The translations under genes and the position numbers were made by a program. A stretch of 64,000 bases of DNA from Mobula hypostoma (taxonomy: Eukaryota): the NCBI RefSeq assembly GCF_963921235.1, contig NC_086126.1, positions 16,120,001 through 16,184,000 of the forward strand. Direction: 5' to 3'. Positions 59,660 through 64,000 of this stretch are shown here, piece by piece. The notes beneath the pieces are model-generated. The model was not told the origin of the DNA and searched no databases. It was given only the letters and a program-made list of their open reading frames with translations. Every line of letters starts with the position of its first letter. The stretch's first letter is position 1.

Positions 59660-62600
59660 TTTTCTTTTCTTTTTTCAATATTTTATTAATTTCTTACATA
59701 AACGAATACAGAGTACAGTAGGATATATACGTATATCTATTACAATATATTGAAATCACAGATGAAGTGTAATTACCGAAAATCGATATAAACTAAATTT
59801 ATACATGATATTGAAAAGAAGTAATTTTATTATACAAAAAAATCTAAACCCAGTACCAGAAAACAGAAACAAACAAAAAAAAAAACCTGTTTGGGTAAAA
59901 AAAAGTAAAGAAAAAAATCCCTAACATATAGTAAATCATATTATTAGCTAACACTTGAGCTTAATAGCAGATCAAAGATTTTGCAAATAATTCAAAAAAG
60001 TTCCCCACAATGTTAAAAAAATCTTGTCTCGGTTGAGAAATTGAACAGCTAATATTCTCTAAATTTAATCAAGACATAACATCATGTAACCAATGAGTAG
60101 AAGTAGGCAGAGTGGCATCCTGCCACTTAAGCAACAATGCCATCCTGGCTATAAGAGAAATAAAGGTCAAAATATGCAGATCATGTGTCTCCAAAGCAAT
60201 GTAATTTCCTCCAACATTACCAAATAAGGCAGTCAAAGGATTAGGTTTAAAATTTACTTAAAAAGCACTGAAAAAGTTTGAAATACTTCTTTCCAATATT
60301 TTTCAAGACTCGGACAAGTCCAAAACATATGGATTAGTGAAGATTCTCCGTTATTACATCTATCACAATCTGAATGAAAACGAGATAGCTTATCTTTAGA
60401 CTTATGGGTTCCAGGAACCACATTAAATTGTAGAAAGGAGTGACGGGCACATAACGATGAGGTATTAAACAATTTAAAAGTTTCATTCCAAGTGTCCTCA
60501 GAAATTGAAATCTGTAAATTGTGTTCCCAAAGATTTTTAATTGTACCTAAAGGAATATTTCTCATTCCCAACAACATACCATAAATATTAGATATTGATG
60601 CATTATGAAAGGGCTTCAAAGTAAAAGTCAAACCAAGGCAATTTTTATCTGGACTTTTAGGAAATGTATGTACTTGAGAGCGTAAAACGTCTCTAATTTG
60701 TAAATACCGAAAAAAGTGAGTTCTCGGTAGGCTGTTCTTAACTGACAGTTGTTCAAATGATGATAGACTGTCTCCAACAAACAAATCGGGAAAATATTTA
60801 ATACCCAATTCATTCCACTCTTTAAAAACTACATCATACATAGAAGGTTTGTAAAATAATTAGAAAAAATGAGACTGGAAAGTGAAAATCTCAATAAACC
60901 AAAATATTTTCTAAAATGTACCCAAATCCTCAAATTGTGTTTATCTGCAGAATTATCAGTTCAATTGCTTAAAGATAAAGGATTTGAGGATCCGAAAAGA
61001 TAAATGATAGGAAGTTTATTAACAGAGTTAACTTCTAAAGAAACCCAGACCCGGCAGTCCTCTCGATTAATATAGTATAACTAAAACGTAAGATTGCGTA
61101 TATTGACTGCCCAGTTATAAAAGCTAAAATTGGATAAATCTAAACCTCCATTCTTTTTAGCTTTTTGAGGATGAACCTTATTTTGTTTTCCATATTTTTA
61201 TTAATTTTCTTCATAGGAGAATACAGAGTTCAAGAAAAAATGTCAAATACATTATACTAAATCGCACATAGAAACTCCTTACTCTATATTCATAAAAATT
61301 AATTAATTCATAATATTGAATATTGAACTTTGTTTAAAAGAGACATTTTATGTTTTTCCATATATAAGAAGATATAATAAAATGCAAAGAATCAAAGAAG
61401 GATTTAGGAAATAAAACAGGTATGGTTTGAAATAAATATTAAAAAATAGGCAAAATATAGATTTTAATAGAATTGATTCGGCCAATCAACGATAAAGAGA
61501 GGGGTGAGAAATTTGATAGTGCCTTCTTAAGATAATCCAGAACTGTAAAAAAAGAAACCTTAAAAAGGAATAGTCATAGTCATCGTCATAGTCAAAGTCA
61601 TATTTTATTGATCCCGAGGGAAATTGGTTTTCGTTGCAGTTGCACCACAAATAATTAAATAGTAATAAACCCATAAATAATTAATTAGTAATATGTAAAC
61701 TATGCCAGGAAATAAGTCCAGGCCCAGCCTTTTGGCTCAGGGTGTCTGACCCTCCAAGGGAGGAGTTATAAAGTTTGATGGCCACAGGCAGGAATGACTT
61801 CCTATGACGCTCAGTGTTGAATCTCGGTGGGAATGAGACTCTGGCTGAATGTACTCCTGTGCCCAATCAGTACATTATGTAGTGGATGGGAGATATTGTC
61901 CAAGATGGCATGCAACTTGGACAGCATCCTCTTTTCAGACACCACCGTCAGAGAGTCCAGTTCCATCCCACAACATCACTGGCCTTACGAATGAGTTTGT
62001 TGATTCTGTTGGTGTCTGCTACCCTCAGCCTGCTGCCCCAGCACACGAAAGCAAAGATGATCGCACTGACCACCACAGACTCGTAGAACATCCTCAGCAT
62101 CGTACGACAGATATTATAGGACCACAGTCCCCTCAGGAAATAGAGACGGCTCTGATCCTTCTTGTAGACAGTCTCAGTGTTCTTTGACCTGTCCGGTTTA
62201 TTGTCAATTCGTATCCCCAGGTATTTGTAATCCTCCACCATGTCCACACTAACCCCCTGGATGGAAACAGGGGTCACCGGTGCCTTAGCCCTCCTCAGGT
62301 CTACCACCAGCTCCTTAGTCTTTTTGACATTAAGCTGCAGATAGTTCTGCTCATATTTATAATTCTGAATAATTGTTACGCCCAAATAAGTAAATTTATT
62401 TCTTGGAATTTTATGAGGAAGTTTCGTATTAACTAATATCAAGTTATTTAAAGAAAAACGTTCTCTCTTATGAAAGTTAAGTTTATATCCTGAAAACTGA
62501 CTAAAGCAGGAGAGTAAAGAAAGTAGAGAAGGTAAAAACGACTCCACATTGGAAATGTAGAGCAAACGGTCATCAGCATAAAGCGAAACTTTGTGGGCAA

Positions 62601-62692
62601 TACTCCTCCTTAAAATGCCGGTGATATCATTAGATTCCCTGAAAGCAATAGCTAAAAGTTCTAAGACCAAATCAAAAAGCAAAGGACTCAAA
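59660..62692 (-). mobile_element. Fish-type L1 ORF2 3' portion (RT core to C-terminal Zn knuckle and tail), interrupted
   Basis: LSPLLFDL..., SLYADD, FSGYKLN, YLGVTI, GGLDLSNF..YNWA, CDRC...HMFWTC; T-rich tail at about 59660-59680. Confidence 0.85.
61570..62350 (-). mobile_element. Rex1/Babar-like 3' fragment inserted in the L1
   Basis: LQLNVKKTKELVVDLRR, YKYLG, MFYESVV; (gactat)n tail at 61570-61600. Confidence 0.85.
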
Positions 62693-62694
62693 GA

Positions 62695-64000
62695 ATTTCA
62701 ATTCTAATCGACAATTCAGTTTCTTTCGTTCAACATAATCTAGTGTCTGATACCAATGGGCGTTTTGTTATAGTGTCAGGGAAATTAAATAAGAAATTAA
62801 TTGGTTTTGCTGATTTGTATGCCCGGAATATAGATGATCCAGGCTTTTTAGAACGTTTTTTTTTCGCTTTTATCAGATTTAAGTTTATATTCTTCGGATT
62901 TAAAAGGAGACTTCAGCTGTTGTTTAGATCCTTATTTTTATCGTTCTTCTTCTAAATGGTTGATTTGTAGTAGATCTATCTCCTTTATTTTTTTTTCTAA
63001 TGAAATGTGATATTGTTGAAGTTTTGCGTTTTTTGCATCCAACAGATAAAAAGTATTCATTTTTTCTCATGTTCAGTATACATATTCCAGGAGTGATTTT
63101 TTTTTTTTGTTAAGAGCCAACTGATTCCATTGGTTCAATCCTGTGAATATAAAGAAATTGCTGTTTCAGATCATGCTCCTGTGTTTTTATCTTTAAATCT
63201 TCTGGGTGTCTCCAAAATAAACATATTCTGGCTTTTTAATCCAACTTTGCTATCAGATAAAGATTTTTTAAACAATTTTTGGAGGGAATACGGATGGGAT
63301 ACTTTTGAGGCTTATATATGAGGTCAAATTATTGCTTTAACCGCAAGTTTTAAGAAAAAAAAGCTAACAAGGAGAGAATTGAATTAGCCAATCAGTTGAA
63401 ATAATTTGACCAAAAATATGCTTTGGCTCCCGATCCTGTTTTATACAGAAGGCGTTTTGAAATTAAAACAAAATACGATCTGCTCTTAACTTATCCAATT
63501 GAAATGCAACTTTTAAAACTTAAAAGAGTCAGTTTTATGTTCATGGAGATAAAACGGGTAAACTATTTCCTAACCGATCAAAGACCTTATTAGTCAAACG
63601 TCAAATTAAATAAATTTTGTAAAGCTAATGGTGATAAAACATCTGATCATTTAGAATTAAGCGCTGCTTTTAGATCAGTCTACTCCAAATTTTGGAATTC
63701 TGATCCTCCTAAAGATAATATTTTAATAAATAACTTTTTAGGTTATTTTTAGCTCGATTAATCATCGATGATATTCAGAAATTGTTGAATCAACCTATTT
63801 TTTTTATTAGGAAATTGCGAGGTTGTTCACTCTTTGCACTCGGGGAAGGCTCCAAATCCTGATGGACATTCTGTGGAGTTTCATAAAGCTTTTTTCCCTC
63901 TTTGCTTATGCCTCGTTTATATTCAGTACTTTCGACTCTTTTAAATTCGGTAATTTTACACAATCTTTTTTATGAAGCCTCCATTTCGCTTATCCTAAAA
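62695..64000 (+). mobile_element. L1 ORF2 endonuclease-to-RT segment in inverted orientation
   Basis: SDTNGRFVIVSG, LYARN, SDHAPV, WLFNPTLL, GKAPNPDG..VEF, FYEASISLILK; runs off the window end. Confidence 0.85.

Noticed and set aside
61948-62691. 247-aa ORF as a novel RT
   Set aside because: Chance in-frame fusion of an L1 RT fragment with an inserted Rex1-like fragment at about 62350

Overview
Vertebrate nuclear DNA, most likely from a cartilaginous fish (probably a ray). This is inferred from the mix of CR1, Penelope and Rex1-like repeats and from the GPR139-like family; the species cannot be determined from sequence alone. The host genes form a tandem, minus-strand cluster of two-exon GPR139/GPR142-like class A GPCRs. 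Two are complete (27744-24316, 314 aa; 48999-46670, 325 aa) and a third shows only exon 1 (3130-3061). Flank paralogy points to a fourth, deleted unit at about 5.8-8.0 kb. All three first coding exons are exactly 70 nt, end in a phase-1 GT donor and have a TATAAA 72-92 bp upstream. Most of the remaining sequence is transposable elements: many CR1 LINE copies (some nested), Penelope-like elements carrying minimal hammerhead ribozyme motifs, a decayed chromodomain Gypsy element, two solo LTRs, Rex1/Babar-like fragments and a 5'-inverted L1. There is also a decayed two-LTR endogenous retrovirus (35572-46630) with a tRNA-Arg-like PBS and YVDD reverse transcriptase. Its env has an ASLV/filovirus-type Cys-bounded internal fusion loop, and it sits about 40 bp after the stop codon of one GPCR. 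Two assembly gaps are present.
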